Shown piece by piece: positions 54,649 through 64,000 of a stretch of 64,000 bases of DNA (positions within the stretch are counted from its first letter, which is position 1; every line of letters begins with the position of its first letter). Both the position numbers and the translations under genes were made by a program. Source of the DNA: Bdellovibrionales bacterium (lineage in GTDB: Bacteria; Bdellovibrionota; Bdellovibrionia; Bdellovibrionales; JAGQZY01); the NCBI GenBank assembly GCA_031429075.1, contig JANOYW010000019.1:10952-74951 (forward strand). Direction: 5' to 3'. The notes beneath the pieces are model-generated. The model saw only the letters and a program-made list of their open reading frames with translations. It was not told the DNA's origin and searched no databases.

Positions 54649-54842
54649 GGAGTACCTCTTAATTTAGCAGTCAATACAGTTTTTAAACGAGCAATGTCTC
54701 TTCGCATTCCACGAATAGAAACAGGATTTGTCATTTGACCCATAGAGTTTTTCATTCTTGCTTCGAACATTTTCTCTTTGGTCTCGCGAATTTTTTTGTT
54801 TACTTCTACAGTCGAGAGTTCTTTTACATCAGAAAACTTCAT
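54645..54842 (-). CDS. rpmC: 50S ribosomal protein L29 (uL29)
   Basis: 65 aa with ELS..E...KIRETKEKMFEARMK, in the expected position between rplP and rpsQ. Confidence 0.93.
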   Translation of the reverse strand: MKFSDVKELSTVEVNKKIRETKEKMFEARMKNSMGQMTNPVSIRGMRRDIARLKTVLTAKLRGTP

Positions 54843-54843
54843 C

Positions 54844-55254
54844 TTATACCTCTCTCGCTATGAACTTTGTTTTAAACGGCATTTTGTGCCCAGCTAAGCG
54901 GAAAGCTTCTGCAGCCTGTTCACGAGTTACACCGTTAATTTCAAATAGGATAGTTCCCGGCTTAATAACAGCCACCCAGTACTCCGGATTTCCTTTGCCG
55001 GAACCCATTCGAACTTCAGCAGGTTTTTCAGTGACTGGTTTCTGTGGATATACACGAATCCAAACTTTTCCACCGCGCTTGATACTACGGCTGATCGCAA
55101 TACGACCAGCTTCGAGTTGGCGTGCGGATAACCATCCGTTTTGCATTACTTTCAAACCAAAATCGCCAAAGGCCAAAGAGTTTGCACGTGATGCTAGCCC
55201 TTTCATTTTACCTTTATGCTGTTTTCTCCACTTTACGCGTTTAGGACTTAGCAC
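54844..55254 (-). CDS. rplP: 50S ribosomal protein L16 (uL16)
   Basis: Start taken at the GTG ([15 protein letters not shown]) at 55254, with GAGGAGG 6 nt upstream. It overlaps the rpsC end. The ORF track extends to 55281. Confidence 0.95.
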   Translation of the reverse strand: MLSPKRVKWRKQHKGKMKGLASRANSLAFGDFGLKVMQNGWLSARQLEAGRIAISRSIKRGGKVWIRVYPQKPVTEKPAEVRMGSGKGNPEYWVAVIKPGTILFEINGVTREQAAEAFRLAGHKMPFKTKFIAREV

Positions 55255-55906
55255 GGCCTGCCTCCTCAGCTTCACGTGCACTCAGCACGTCACCTTTATA
55301 GATCCAAACTTTTAAACCAATAATGCCGTAGGCAGTGAGTGCCTCAGCTGTGCCATAATCAATGTCCGCGCGAAGTGTATGAAGAGGAACACTCTTCTCA
55401 TTGTACCACTCTGTGCGTGCGATTTCGGCACCATCAAGTCGACCAGAAACTTTAATTTTAATTCCACGTACACCACTGCGAATTGCAGAAGCGATGGCTT
55501 TTTTCATAGCACGTCTCCAAGAGACGCGTTTTTCCAATTGCATAGCAATGTTTTCCGCAACCAACTGAGAGTCCATGTCTGGCTTGCGAATCTCTTGAAT
55601 GTTTACGAACACTTCGTTCGTTGTCATTCTTTGAACTTCTTCTTTGAGCGAATCAATACCAGCACCCTTTTTACCAATGACAACGCCTGGACGAGCTGTT
55701 GAGATAATAATTTTAAGCTTTTTAGCAGCTCTTTCCATTTCGATTTTAGCTACACCGGCGTGTTTCAATTTCGCTTTGAGAAACTTGCGAAGTCGAATGT
55801 CTTCATGAAGTTGTATCGCGTACAGAGGACCACCCGCAAACCAGCGAGAATCCCAAGTTCTGATCACACCGACTCTAAATCCAATTGGATTAACTTTTTG
55901 TCCCAC
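55241..55906 (-). CDS. rpsC: 30S ribosomal protein S3 (uS3)
   Basis: 221 aa with [14 protein letters not shown]...[10 protein letters not shown]...[10 protein letters not shown]. Confidence 0.97.
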   Translation of the reverse strand: MGQKVNPIGFRVGVIRTWDSRWFAGGPLYAIQLHEDIRLRKFLKAKLKHAGVAKIEMERAAKKLKIIISTARPGVVIGKKGAGIDSLKEEVQRMTTNEVFVNIQEIRKPDMDSQLVAENIAMQLEKRVSWRRAMKKAIASAIRSGVRGIKIKVSGRLDGAEIARTEWYNEKSVPLHTLRADIDYGTAEALTAYGIIGLKVWIYKGDVLSAREAEEAGRAKS

Positions 55907-55909
55907 GAA

Positions 55910-56242
55910 TTACCTCTCGTCCAATACGACGTTGATATGGCTTGTTCTCTTTTTGATCTCAGTCGCACGTCCTTGCGATCGAGGCATGAATCTTTTAATA
56001 AACGGACCGGCATCCACATAAATTGTTTTTACGTAAAGATTGTCCACATCAATCACCTGTTTTACCTCAGCGTTTGCCACTGCAGATTCAACAAGTTTTT
56101 TGATCATTTTGCCGGACTTCTGTGGTTCAAAAGTCAGAATTCGAATTGCTTCGTTAATCGACTTTCCACGAACCAAGTCGGCAACTATACGCGCTTTTTG
56201 CGCACTCACTCTTGCAAATTTTAGTCTCGCTTTTACTTCCAT
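55910..56242 (-). CDS. rplV: 50S ribosomal protein L22 (uL22)
   Basis: 110 aa with ARVSAQKARIVADLVRGKSINEAI..L.F......K.V.SA.ANA. Confidence 0.96.
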   Translation of the reverse strand: MEVKARLKFARVSAQKARIVADLVRGKSINEAIRILTFEPQKSGKMIKKLVESAVANAEVKQVIDVDNLYVKTIYVDAGPFIKRFMPRSQGRATEIKKRTSHINVVLDER

Positions 56243-56251
56243 AAATTCACC

Positions 56252-56542
56252 CTATGCCTTAGCTGGTCCGGCTTCTTTAGCCTTGTTTTCTGAGTGTCCG
56301 CGGAACATACGAGTATGCGCGAACTCACCAAGTTTATGACCAATCATGTTGTCAGTAATGTAGATCGGAACAAACTTCGCACCGTTGTGTACAGCGAAGG
56401 TTAAACCCACCATATCAGGCATTACAGTTGAACGACGCGACCATGTCTTTATCGCTTTTTTGTCGCCTGTATCTAAAGCCTTAACTACTTTTTTTACCAA
56501 ATGGTCGTCAACGAACGGACCTTTTTTTAGTGATCTAGCCAC
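56252..56542 (-). CDS. rpsS: 30S ribosomal protein S19 (uS19)
   Basis: 96 aa with [15 protein letters not shown]...[24 protein letters not shown].....[12 protein letters not shown]. Confidence 0.97.
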   Translation of the reverse strand: MARSLKKGPFVDDHLVKKVVKALDTGDKKAIKTWSRRSTVMPDMVGLTFAVHNGAKFVPIYITDNMIGHKLGEFAHTRMFRGHSENKAKEAGPAKA

Positions 56543-56551
56543 ACATTACCT

Positions 56552-57376
56552 CTACTTTGCTTTTCTATTTTTAATAATATACTTGTCCGTAGCCTTGTTA
56601 TGGCGCGTTTTATAGCCCTTACAAGGTTGTCCCCATGGACTTACAGGATGATGTCCTTTGCCGCGACCTTCACCACCACCGAGTGGGTGATCAACTGGGT
56701 TCATTGACATACCACGTACGGAAGGGCGCTTCCCCTTCCAACGATTACGACCTGCTTTACCAATATAAATATTTTCGTTATCTGTGTTTCCAACCTGACC
56801 AATAGAAGCTCGGCAGTTCACTAGAACTTCACGAACTTCGCCAGAGGGCAACTTGACCTGGGCAAACTTACTCATACGACCAACAAGAGTTGCAGATGCA
56901 CCGGCACCGCGACACAACTGTCCGCCTTTGCCTGGACGCAATTCTACATTGTGAATAATTGTTCCGACCGGGATTGCGCTCAATGGAAGATTGTTTCCAG
57001 GAAGAATATCCGCTTTGTCACTGGATTGTACGGTGTCTCCCACCTTCAAGCCAACTGGTGCGATGATGTAGGCTTTTTCTCCATCCGCGTAGTTTACCAA
57101 TGCAATTCGGCAAGTCCGGTTTGGATCGTATTCGATAGTGGCGATCTTTCCTGGAACTTCAAGCTTCAAGCGCTTGAAATCAATAAGGCGGTAACGTCTC
57201 TTATGCCCGCCGCCTTTATGACGAATCGTGATTTGACCATAATTGTTGCGCGCAGCTTTTTTGGAAAGACTTGTTGTAAGTGATTTTTCTGGACGATCTG
57301 TAGTGATCTCAGAGAAATCAAAACCCGTCATGCCACGACGGCCAGCACTCGTAGGTTTAAAAACTTTTACTCCCAT
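56552..57376 (-). CDS. rplB: 50S ribosomal protein L2 (uL2)
   Basis: 274 aa with [20 protein letters not shown] and [18 protein letters not shown]. Confidence 0.98.
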   Translation of the reverse strand: MGVKVFKPTSAGRRGMTGFDFSEITTDRPEKSLTTSLSKKAARNNYGQITIRHKGGGHKRRYRLIDFKRLKLEVPGKIATIEYDPNRTCRIALVNYADGEKAYIIAPVGLKVGDTVQSSDKADILPGNNLPLSAIPVGTIIHNVELRPGKGGQLCRGAGASATLVGRMSKFAQVKLPSGEVREVLVNCRASIGQVGNTDNENIYIGKAGRNRWKGKRPSVRGMSMNPVDHPLGGGEGRGKGHHPVSPWGQPCKGYKTRHNKATDKYIIKNRKAK

Positions 57377-57378
57377 GA

Positions 57379-57657
57379 TTAGGCTCCCTCAAAGATGGAA
57401 ATTTTTTGGCCCTGAGCCAACTTAACAAAGGCTTTCTTTTTATACTGAGGCGGACCGAATCGAGATTGTTGTTTTAGCCAGCGAGTGCGGTAACAGGCTG
57501 TACGAACAGCTGCAACCTTCACACTGAAAGCTTTTTCAATCGCAAATTTAATCTGGTCTTTCGTAGCCTCTTTTTCAACTTCGAATACGTAGGTATTGTA
57601 ATCGCTGTAGGCGCTTGTTTTTTCTGTAACAAGTGGTCTTTTAATAATTTGGTACAT
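57379..57657 (-). CDS. rplW: 50S ribosomal protein L23 (uL23)
   Basis: 92 aa with [12 protein letters not shown]......YVFEV...A.K.QIK.A.EK.F.VKV. Confidence 0.95.
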   Translation of the reverse strand: MYQIIKRPLVTEKTSAYSDYNTYVFEVEKEATKDQIKFAIEKAFSVKVAAVRTACYRTRWLKQQSRFGPPQYKKKAFVKLAQGQKISIFEGA

Positions 57658-58283
57658 TATTCAACTCCACACTTTGCAACAACAGATGGAATTGAATCTT
57701 GCGTAAATACGACGGCATCGTATTTTAAAAGATCATACACATTCACACCCGCCACTGTATTATAGCGATAGTTTTTTAAATTTTTAGAAGCTCTTGCAAA
57801 CATTTCATCTTGATCTTTAGAAATCAAAAGCGCTTTTCCAACGCCAAACTTTTTAAGTCTTGAAGAAAGCTCTTTGGACTTTCCTTCTTTTGAGCTCATA
57901 CCTTCAACAACGAAAATTTTCTTTTCAGCAAAGAGATATGAAAGAGCTGTCTGTAAGCCAGCAATCTTCATAGAACGCGGAAGTGTGTAGCTGTAATCTT
58001 TTGGTTGAGGACCAAAAGCAGTACCGCCACCTGGCATTAGCGGGGAACGAATAGATCCCTGACGAGCATTACCAGTCCCTTTTTGTTTGAATGGCTTTTT
58101 ACCACCACCGCTCACAAGACCTTTTGTCTTTGTAGCGTGTGTTCCTTGGCGACGGCTTACAAGCTGCCAACGAACCATTGCGTGAAGAAGTTCTTTTTTA
58201 ACTTCTCTCTCAACGACTTGAGAAGGAAGCTCCACTTCACCAACTTTTTTCTTATCCCAATTTAAAACTTCAATTTTTGCCAT
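57657..58283 (-). CDS. rplD: 50S ribosomal protein L4 (uL4)
   Basis: 208 aa with GTHATKTKGLVSGGGKKPFKQKGTGNARQGSIRSP...GGGTAFGP. Confidence 0.97.
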   Translation of the reverse strand: MAKIEVLNWDKKKVGEVELPSQVVEREVKKELLHAMVRWQLVSRRQGTHATKTKGLVSGGGKKPFKQKGTGNARQGSIRSPLMPGGGTAFGPQPKDYSYTLPRSMKIAGLQTALSYLFAEKKIFVVEGMSSKEGKSKELSSRLKKFGVGKALLISKDQDEMFARASKNLKNYRYNTVAGVNVYDLLKYDAVVFTQDSIPSVVAKCGVE

Positions 58284-58291
58284 ACATCAAC

Positions 58292-58984
58292 TCACTGTTT
58301 TAAAATTCGCACAAGGCCATTGCGAGCGCCTGGAACGGGTCCCTTGACCATGATTAATCCATCTTTTGCATTTACATCGACAATTTGAATATTGCGAACG
58401 GTGATCATTTCATCACCGTAGTGACCAGGGCCTTTTTTACCGGCCTGAACAAAGCCTGGCCAAGTTCTCGTACCGGCAGAACCTGGACGACGGTGGAATT
58501 TTGATCCGTGAGATGCAGGACCGCCGGAAAAGTTCCAACGTCTCATTGCACCAGAGAAGCCACGTCCTTTGGACTTTGCAGTGACTTTTACTGTGTCGCC
58601 CTTTTGCAGAGAATCAATAGAAACAGAATTTCCAACGGCAGCGCCAGCAGGAATTTCGTCGATGCGGATTTCGCGCGAAAGTTTCACGCCTTTTTCTCCA
58701 CCGGCTTTTTCCGCATGTTTTTGCGAAGCTTTTGATGTGCTATCTTTTCTTTTTCCAAAGAGACTGATTTGAAGAGAGTTATACCCATCTGTTTCGGTCG
58801 TCTTAACTTGCGTAACTTTCCAAGCTTCCACTTTAAGAACAGTTACTGGAATTATTTGTCCATCCTCGTTGTACACTGAAGACATTCCAACTTTGTGGGC
58901 AAATAGCCCACCGAGTTTTATTTCTCCAGCGGTTGAGGTCGAACTTTCGTTCGACTCTTGAGGCTCAACTTGTGATTCACTCAT
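58292..58984 (-). CDS. rplC: 50S ribosomal protein L3 (uL3) with about 25-aa acidic/Ser-rich N-terminal extension
   Basis: 230 aa. The core begins at GLFAHKVGMSSVY; also GKGFSGAMRRWNFSGGPASHGS.FHRRPGS. Confidence 0.95.
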   Translation of the reverse strand: MSESQVEPQESNESSTSTAGEIKLGGLFAHKVGMSSVYNEDGQIIPVTVLKVEAWKVTQVKTTETDGYNSLQISLFGKRKDSTSKASQKHAEKAGGEKGVKLSREIRIDEIPAGAAVGNSVSIDSLQKGDTVKVTAKSKGRGFSGAMRRWNFSGGPASHGSKFHRRPGSAGTRTWPGFVQAGKKGPGHYGDEMITVRNIQIVDVNAKDGLIMVKGPVPGARNGLVRILKQ

Positions 58985-59017
58985 TTAGTACTCCTCGCGG
59001 GCTCCTAGGCCCGGTGA

Positions 59018-59335
59018 TTATTCTGCAGAGAGTTTAATCTCTACATCGACCCCTGCCGATAGATCGAGTTTCATCAACTGATCAATTGTCTGCTGAGTTG
59101 GCTCTAAAATATCCAAAAGTCTTTTGTGTGTTTTCATTTCAAACTGCTCACGGGATTTTTTATCAACGTGAGGAGATCTCAAAACGGTGTAACGGTTGAT
59201 TCGTGTTGGTAACGGGATGGGTCCCGCGATTCTTGCACCTGTTCTGCGTGCGGTATCCACGATTTCTTTTGTCGATTGATCAAGAAGTTTATGATCAAAA
59301 GCTTTTAAACGAATTCGAATCTTTTGACTTTGCAT
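59018..59335 (-). CDS. rpsJ: 30S ribosomal protein S10 (uS10)
   Basis: Start taken at the ATG ([19 protein letters not shown]) at 59335. The ORF-track start at 59377 is an upstream in-frame TTG. Confidence 0.96.
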   Translation of the reverse strand: MQSQKIRIRLKAFDHKLLDQSTKEIVDTARRTGARIAGPIPLPTRINRYTVLRSPHVDKKSREQFEMKTHKRLLDILEPTQQTIDQLMKLDLSAGVDVEIKLSAE

Positions 59336-59422
59336 ACGCGCATCCCTATTTTCCCAGTTATTACCGGGGTTTAGCAAGCTAAGTGTTTAATAAAACAATG
59401 CTTTTTAAATTACAGAAGGGGG

Positions 59423-59452
59423 AGTATGCACTGAAAACAAATATTTTGTCAA
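59423..59452 (-). promoter_or_regulatory. Candidate sigma70 promoter of the S10 operon
   Basis: Minus strand reads TTGACA (59452-59447), 18 nt, CATACT (59428-59423), preceded by an A/T-rich UP-like tract (AAAAAATTAATTTATTTTTTTTT). It leaves an ~85-nt leader before rpsJ. Confidence 0.4.
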
Positions 59453-59502
59453 AAAAAAATAAATTAATTTTTTGATTCCAAAAAGGCACTTCTTATTAGG
59501 GA

Positions 59503-61602
59503 CTAAATTCGCCCCAAATGGGTCAGAATTTCTTTCTGAACACGGTCGTTAACAGCATTGTACTGGTGGAATTTCATCGAAAAAGTCCCGCGCCCCTGGG
59601 TTAGGGAACGCACGCCTGTGGCGTAACCGAAGAGCTCTGCCAATGGCACATCCGCCGACACCACCTGCAGACGCCCACGCCCAACCGTATTTAAAATTTT
59701 TCCACGGCGAGAGTTTAAGTCACCGATAACACTACCCAAAAACTCTTCAGGGACAACGACTTCGAGCTTAAAGATCGGCTCCATGAGTTGCGCTTTCGCG
59801 GTGAGCAGAGCCTCGCGAACAGCCTGCGAGGCAGCAATTTTATAGGCAGCCATGTGGCCATTCTCCGCATCAAATGGCATTGCAACAATTTTGACCTTTG
59901 TCGAAATATTGGAAAACCCAGCGAGAATGCCGCTCTCCAGTCCTTCGCGCGCACCCTCAGTGGCCGCAGCCTTAATGTCCCCGGGCAGCGCAGCATCTTT
60001 GACAAGATTCTCGATATTATTTTCCTGGCCACTATTTGGCGAGACTTTAACTTCAACTTCGCCCGTTTGAATCTGCCCAGCAACCTCGCGTTCGAAGCGC
60101 TTTCTTGCAGAGGCCTCACCCAGCACTGCCTCGCGATAAGTGACCTGTGGGCTTCCTGTGTTCACCTGAACATTGAATTCGCGCTTGAGGCGATCCACTA
60201 AAATTTCTAAGTGCAACTCTCCCATTCCGGAAAGGAGCAGCTGACCCGTTTCTGGATCTGTTTTGAGAGAGCTCGATGGATCTTCTTTCACCAAACGAGT
60301 GAGGCCCTCAAGCATTTTTGTTTGATCGCCAGAAGATTTGGCTTCGACAACTATCGAAATCACTGGATCAGGGAAGGTAATCGACTCGAGAACAACTTCT
60401 CGTTCGTGAGCGCAGAGCGTATCGCCAGTCACCGTAAACTTAAGACCGACGATGGCACCAATATCTCCCGCTTTTAACTCTTGAACTTCAGTGCGGCTGT
60501 TGGCGTGCATTTTTACGATTTTAGCCACACGCTCTTTCTTTTTCTCTCGAGGATTAGTTAACGACTCCCCCATTTTGATGATGCCTGAATACACGCGCAC
60601 GTAGCAAAGTGAGCCTGTGAAACTGTCGGACGCTAATTTAAATGCCAACGCCACCACTGGCTCTTTGAAATCCGTTTTGCAACTGACAAGCTTGTCGAGA
60701 TCCTTTGCCGATCGACCGAAAATTTCTCCTCGATCCAATGGCGTCGGAAGATAATCAACAACGGCATCTAGCAATGGCTGTACACCCTTGTTTTTGAAAG
60801 CCGATCCACAGAGAACAGGCGTAATTTTTAAAGCCAAAGTACTTTTTCGAATTGATAATTTGAGATCCTGCTCTGAAAGAATGTCACCTGAAAGATATTT
60901 ATCGGCGAGCGCATCGTCGTAGTCGGCAAGGGTTTCAATCAGTTTTTCACGCGCTTTTTGTGCCTCGGATAAAAACTCTCCGGGAATTTCTTCAGTGCTA
61001 AAATTTTCGCCTTTTCCGTCTGCGGTCTTCCAGATAAAGGCTTTTTCAGCAACCAGATCCACCATACCCACAAAGCCATCTTCCGCACCGATTGGCATTT
61101 GAATGGCCGCAGGGACAGCCATAAGCCGCTCTTTGATCGTCTCAAGGCTCATATTGAAATCGGCACCCACGCGGTCCATCTTGTTAATAAAACAAATTCT
61201 TGGAACCTTATATTTATCTGCCTGGCGCCATACTGTTTCGGTTTGTGATTCTACACCATTGACCGCATCAAATACGGCCACAGCGCCATCGAGAACACGC
61301 AAGGAGCGCTCCACCTCAATGGTAAAGTCCACGTGCCCTGGTGTATCGATAATGTTAATGCGGTAGTTTTTCCAAGCACACATGGTCGCAGCGGCAGTGA
61401 TAGTAATTCCACGCTCTTGCTCTTGTTCCATCCAGTCCATGACAGTATTACCGTCGTGGACTTCTCCAATTTTGTGGCTTTTTCCGGTGTAATAAAGAAT
61501 GCGCTCGGTGGTTGTAGTCTTACCGGCATCAATGTGCGCCATGATGCCGATGTTACGAGTGTAAATTAAGTCTTCAACTTTTTTCGGATCAGTTACACTC
61601 AT
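59503..61602 (-). CDS. fusA: Elongation factor G
   Basis: 699 aa with [29 protein letters not shown] and NKMDR. Confidence 0.98.
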   Translation of the reverse strand: MSVTDPKKVEDLIYTRNIGIMAHIDAGKTTTTERILYYTGKSHKIGEVHDGNTVMDWMEQEQERGITITAAATMCAWKNYRINIIDTPGHVDFTIEVERSLRVLDGAVAVFDAVNGVESQTETVWRQADKYKVPRICFINKMDRVGADFNMSLETIKERLMAVPAAIQMPIGAEDGFVGMVDLVAEKAFIWKTADGKGENFSTEEIPGEFLSEAQKAREKLIETLADYDDALADKYLSGDILSEQDLKLSIRKSTLALKITPVLCGSAFKNKGVQPLLDAVVDYLPTPLDRGEIFGRSAKDLDKLVSCKTDFKEPVVALAFKLASDSFTGSLCYVRVYSGIIKMGESLTNPREKKKERVAKIVKMHANSRTEVQELKAGDIGAIVGLKFTVTGDTLCAHEREVVLESITFPDPVISIVVEAKSSGDQTKMLEGLTRLVKEDPSSSLKTDPETGQLLLSGMGELHLEILVDRLKREFNVQVNTGSPQVTYREAVLGEASARKRFEREVAGQIQTGEVEVKVSPNSGQENNIENLVKDAALPGDIKAAATEGAREGLESGILAGFSNISTKVKIVAMPFDAENGHMAAYKIAASQAVREALLTAKAQLMEPIFKLEVVVPEEFLGSVIGDLNSRRGKILNTVGRGRLQVVSADVPLAELFGYATGVRSLTQGRGTFSMKFHQYNAVNDRVQKEILTHLGRI

Positions 61603-61619
61603 GTATTAATACTTTTGTA

Positions 61620-62093
61620 TTACCAGTTGTAGTGCGAGAAAGCTCTGTTCGCTTCTGCCATACGATGAACGTCTTCTTTTTTCTTGATCGCGTTTCCACG
61701 ATTGTTAAAAGCATCCATCAATTCAGCAGATAAACGAAGTGCCATTTCTTTTTCACCGCGCTGGCGAGCGTAATCCACTAACCAATTAATGGCCAATGCA
61801 ATTCTGCGAGACGGACGAACATCAACAGGAACTTGATAAGTGGCTCCACCGACGCGACGAGAACGAACTTCAAGTTGAGGTTTACAGTTTTCAATAGCTT
61901 TTTTAAATACTGATAAAGGCTCTTCGTTTGCGACTTTACCTTTGAGCTCTTCAATGGCCGAATAAACGATCCCTTGAGCCGTACTCTTTTTACCAGAATA
62001 CATAACCCGGTTTACAAACTTTGCGACCAATGTGTCGTTGTAAGTTGGGTCAGGTATAACTTCTCTTTTATAATTGGCTTTTCTGCGTGACAT
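61620..62093 (-). CDS. rpsG: 30S ribosomal protein S7 (uS7)
   Basis: 157 aa with MSRRK......PDP.Y......KF.N..M..GKKS.A and [16 protein letters not shown]. Confidence 0.97.
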   Translation of the reverse strand: MSRRKANYKREVIPDPTYNDTLVAKFVNRVMYSGKKSTAQGIVYSAIEELKGKVANEEPLSVFKKAIENCKPQLEVRSRRVGGATYQVPVDVRPSRRIALAINWLVDYARQRGEKEMALRLSAELMDAFNNRGNAIKKKEDVHRMAEANRAFSHYNW

Positions 62094-62114
62094 CTATTTT
62101 CTCCGATTCAAAAC

Positions 62115-62495
62115 TTAAGTCGTCTTTTTAGGACGTTTTGTTCCATATTTAGAACGACCGCGAATTCGATTCTGAACACCTTGTGTATCAAGAACACCGC
62201 GAACGATGTGATAACGACAACCTGGAAGATCTTTTACACGACCTCCACGAATCAAAACCACACTGTGCTCTTGTAAGTTGTGACCAATACCAGGGATGTA
62301 TGAAATCACTTCATAACCATTCGAGAGGCGAACCTTTGCTACTTTACGTAAGGCTGAGTTCGGCTTCTTTGGTGTTGTTGTATAAACACGCGTGCAAACT
62401 CCACGTCTTTGTGGACAGCTTGTTAAAGCTGGAGATTTACTGCGGTATTTCTTATCACGTCGTTCTTTACGTACTAACTGATTAATCGTTGGCAT
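62115..62495 (-). CDS. rpsL: 30S ribosomal protein S12 (uS12)
   Basis: [10 protein letters not shown]...[47 protein letters not shown]. The ATG at 62495 follows an in-frame TTG used by the ORF track. Confidence 0.98.
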   Translation of the reverse strand: MPTINQLVRKERRDKKYRSKSPALTSCPQRRGVCTRVYTTTPKKPNSALRKVAKVRLSNGYEVISYIPGIGHNLQEHSVVLIRGGRVKDLPGCRYHIVRGVLDTQGVQNRIRGRSKYGTKRPKKTT

Positions 62496-62519
62496 CAATT
62501 CCTCATTACTTTACTAAAG

Positions 62520-62572
62520 GCGGCAAATTAGCCGCTAATTTTAATTCCGTCAAGCCCACAATGTTTGTGGGC
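62520..62572 (-). terminator. Two tandem hairpins between rpoC and rpsL (terminator/attenuator candidates)
   Basis: GCCCACAA-3 nt-TTGTGGGC is a perfect 8-bp stem (62554-62572) starting 7 nt after the rpoC stop. GCGGC-6 nt-GCCGC (62520-62535) is followed by TTT on the minus strand. Confidence 0.4.
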
Positions 62573-62578
62573 CCCCAA

Positions 62579-64000
62579 TTAGTGAGCGGGCGAAGTTTGT
62601 ACAGTTCTTGTTGTTAAGCCTGGAGCAGGCGTGGTCGTACTTTCCTCTTCCACAACTACTTTCCAGCGTTTATAGGCAGATAGACCCGTTCCAGCCGGAA
62701 TCAGTCGACCCATGATGATGTTCTCTTTAAGACCTCTTAAATTATCCGTCTTGGAGTTTATCGCTGCTTCTGTAAGAACTTTTGTTGTTTCTTGGAACGA
62801 AGCCGCTGAAATCCAGCTGTCTGTGCTCAAAGAAACTTTTGTGATACCCAATAAGAGCGGCTCTGAAACTGCAGATTTCCCACCCTCTTTGAGGACCTTG
62901 TCGTTCTCTGTATCAAAAGCGTATCTTTCAACTTGCTCTCCAGCTAAGAACTCTGTGTCTCCTGATTGTAGGACTAACACTTTTCTCATCATCTGGCGAA
63001 CAATCACCTCAATGTGCTTATCATTGATCACAACACCTTGTAGACGATAAACCTCTTGGACTTCGTTCACGAGGTAAGCTGCAAGGACTTTTTCACCCAA
63101 CACTTTTAAGATGTCATGTGGATTTGTTGGTCCATCCATCAAAGGTTCACCAGCTTTTACATATTCGCCTTCGCGAACAGCAACGTGCTTCCCTTTAGGA
63201 ATAAGATATTCGCGCTGTTCACCAATATCTGGAGTGACGATCACGCGCTGTTTACCTTTAACGTCTTTACCAAATGTGACGTAGCCATCAATTTCCGAAA
63301 TGATCGCAGCCTCTTTTGGCTTACGCGCTTCGAAAAGCTCGGCCACACGAGGTAGACCACCCGTAATATCTTTTGTTTTACTAGTTTCTCTGTGGATTTT
63401 CGCAACCACATCACCGGCATGGATCTCTTGACCATCGACGACGAGAAGCTGTGCACCCACGGGAATTACATAACGAACTTCCGCATCGCGACCTGAAAAC
63501 TTTTGTGTTTTTCCATTTTCATCAACTATGGAAACCGTTGGACGTTTTGTTCCGCCCTTACTTTCTGTAATTACTTTTGTCGAGAAACCAGTCACTGTAT
63601 CAACTTGCTCTGTAACTGTAACACCTTCTTCGATGTCTTCGTATTTTACAAAACCATTTGAGTCAGAAAGAATAGGATTCGAATAGGGATCCCACTCGGC
63701 GAGAGTCTTCGCTTTTTCAACGCGCTCGCCTTCTTTGTAATTCAAAATTGTTCCGTAAGTGAGCGCGAATGTTTCGCGTTCACGACCGTTATCATCGATA
63801 AGGGCAATAACACCACTGCGATTCATCACGGTCATTTTCTTATCGCGGTTTTCTACACCCACAACATTTTTGAACTTAATCGTTCCTTCATGTCGAGTGG
63901 TGTGAATAGATTTTTCCACAGAACGAGAGGCCGTACCACCCAAGTGGAAGGTTCTCATCGTTAACTGTGTACCTGGCTCACCAATTGACTGTGCAGCAAT
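62579..64000 (-). CDS. rpoC: DNA-directed RNA polymerase subunit beta', 3' part (gene continues beyond the right edge)
   Basis: GGLPRVAELFEARKPKE, VYRLQGVVINDKHIEVIVRQM and SFQETTKVLTEAAI...D.L.GLKENIIMGRLIPAGTG. The frame stays open to 64000, so the M at 63958 in the ORF track is internal. Confidence 0.97.
   Translation of the reverse strand: MAAQSIGEPGTQLTMRTFHLGGTASRSVEKSIHTTRHEGTIKFKNVVGVENRDKKMTVMNRSGVIALIDDNGRERETFALTYGTILNYKEGERVEKAKTLAEWDPYSNPILSDSNGFVKYEDIEEGVTVTEQVDTVTGFSTKVITESKGGTKRPTVSIVDENGKTQKFSGRDAEVRYVIPVGAQLLVVDGQEIHAGDVVAKIHRETSKTKDITGGLPRVAELFEARKPKEAAIISEIDGYVTFGKDVKGKQRVIVTPDIGEQREYLIPKGKHVAVREGEYVKAGEPLMDGPTNPHDILKVLGEKVLAAYLVNEVQEVYRLQGVVINDKHIEVIVRQMMRKVLVLQSGDTEFLAGEQVERYAFDTENDKVLKEGGKSAVSEPLLLGITKVSLSTDSWISAASFQETTKVLTEAAINSKTDNLRGLKENIIMGRLIPAGTGLSAYKRWKVVVEEESTTTPAPGLTTRTVQTSPAH

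Noticed and set aside
1-64000. I looked for CRISPR-like spaced repeats, tRNA/rRNA genes, transposase/integrase genes, long direct or inverted repeats bounding the glycan island or the TA pair, and defence-type nucleases or helicases.
   Set aside because: None was seen. The window is almost fully coding, and the longest non-coding stretches (about 90-185 nt) contain only promoter- or hairpin-like features. A computational repeat and tRNA scan would be needed for certainty.

Overview
No homology search was possible. All calls rest on motif and architecture recognition, ORF geometry and hand inspection of intergenic DNA. Hand-derived small-feature coordinates may be off by 1 nt.

The window splits into three parts.

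(1) About 1-41.7 kb is a densely packed, multi-operon cell-surface glycan island of LPS O-antigen or capsule type.
- Precursor genes: dTDP-L-rhamnose genes rfbA/B/C/D, manC and kdsA.
- Initiation: a DegT-type sugar aminotransferase next to a WecA/WbpL-type initiating transferase.
- Transferases and tailoring: about 12 glycosyltransferases (GT2, GT4, GT-A DxD and CgeB-like), 4 SAM methyltransferases and a 2OG-Fe(II) oxygenase.
- O-acylation: two separate routes, an MBOAT plus SGNH-like partner and an AT3 acyltransferase.
- Export and ligation: a Wzm/Wzt ABC exporter whose Wzt carries a C-terminal extension, a WaaL/Wzy_C-family protein and an MsbA-like exporter.
- Inserted element: an AT-rich HigB2/HigA2-like toxin-antitoxin pair at a convergent gene junction.

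(2) 41.8-45.9 kb holds uncharacterised envelope genes.
- A translationally coupled DUF2062-like membrane protein plus a 632-aa N-anchored coiled-coil protein.
- An orphan secreted protein.
- A TlpA-like thiol-disulfide oxidoreductase.

(3) 46-64 kb, minus strand, is the ribosomal superoperon: rpoC (3' part)-rpsL-rpsG-fusA / S10 / spc / alpha operons with secY, adk and rpoA.
- rplX (L24) is absent from its near-universal slot between rplN and rplE.
- tuf is absent between fusA and rpsJ.
- rpsD is absent between rpsK and rpoA.
- rpmJ, not in the ORF track, was found by hand.

I saw no rRNA, tRNA, CRISPR array, transposase or integrase.

The best candidates for something undescribed are:
- a five-gene translationally coupled sugar-tailoring cassette (two GT2, an FAD oxidoreductase, an NAD-binding protein, a TIM-barrel isomerase) facing a GT-C-like polytopic membrane protein;
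- the DUF2062-like/large coiled-coil gene pair;
- the L24-less spc operon.
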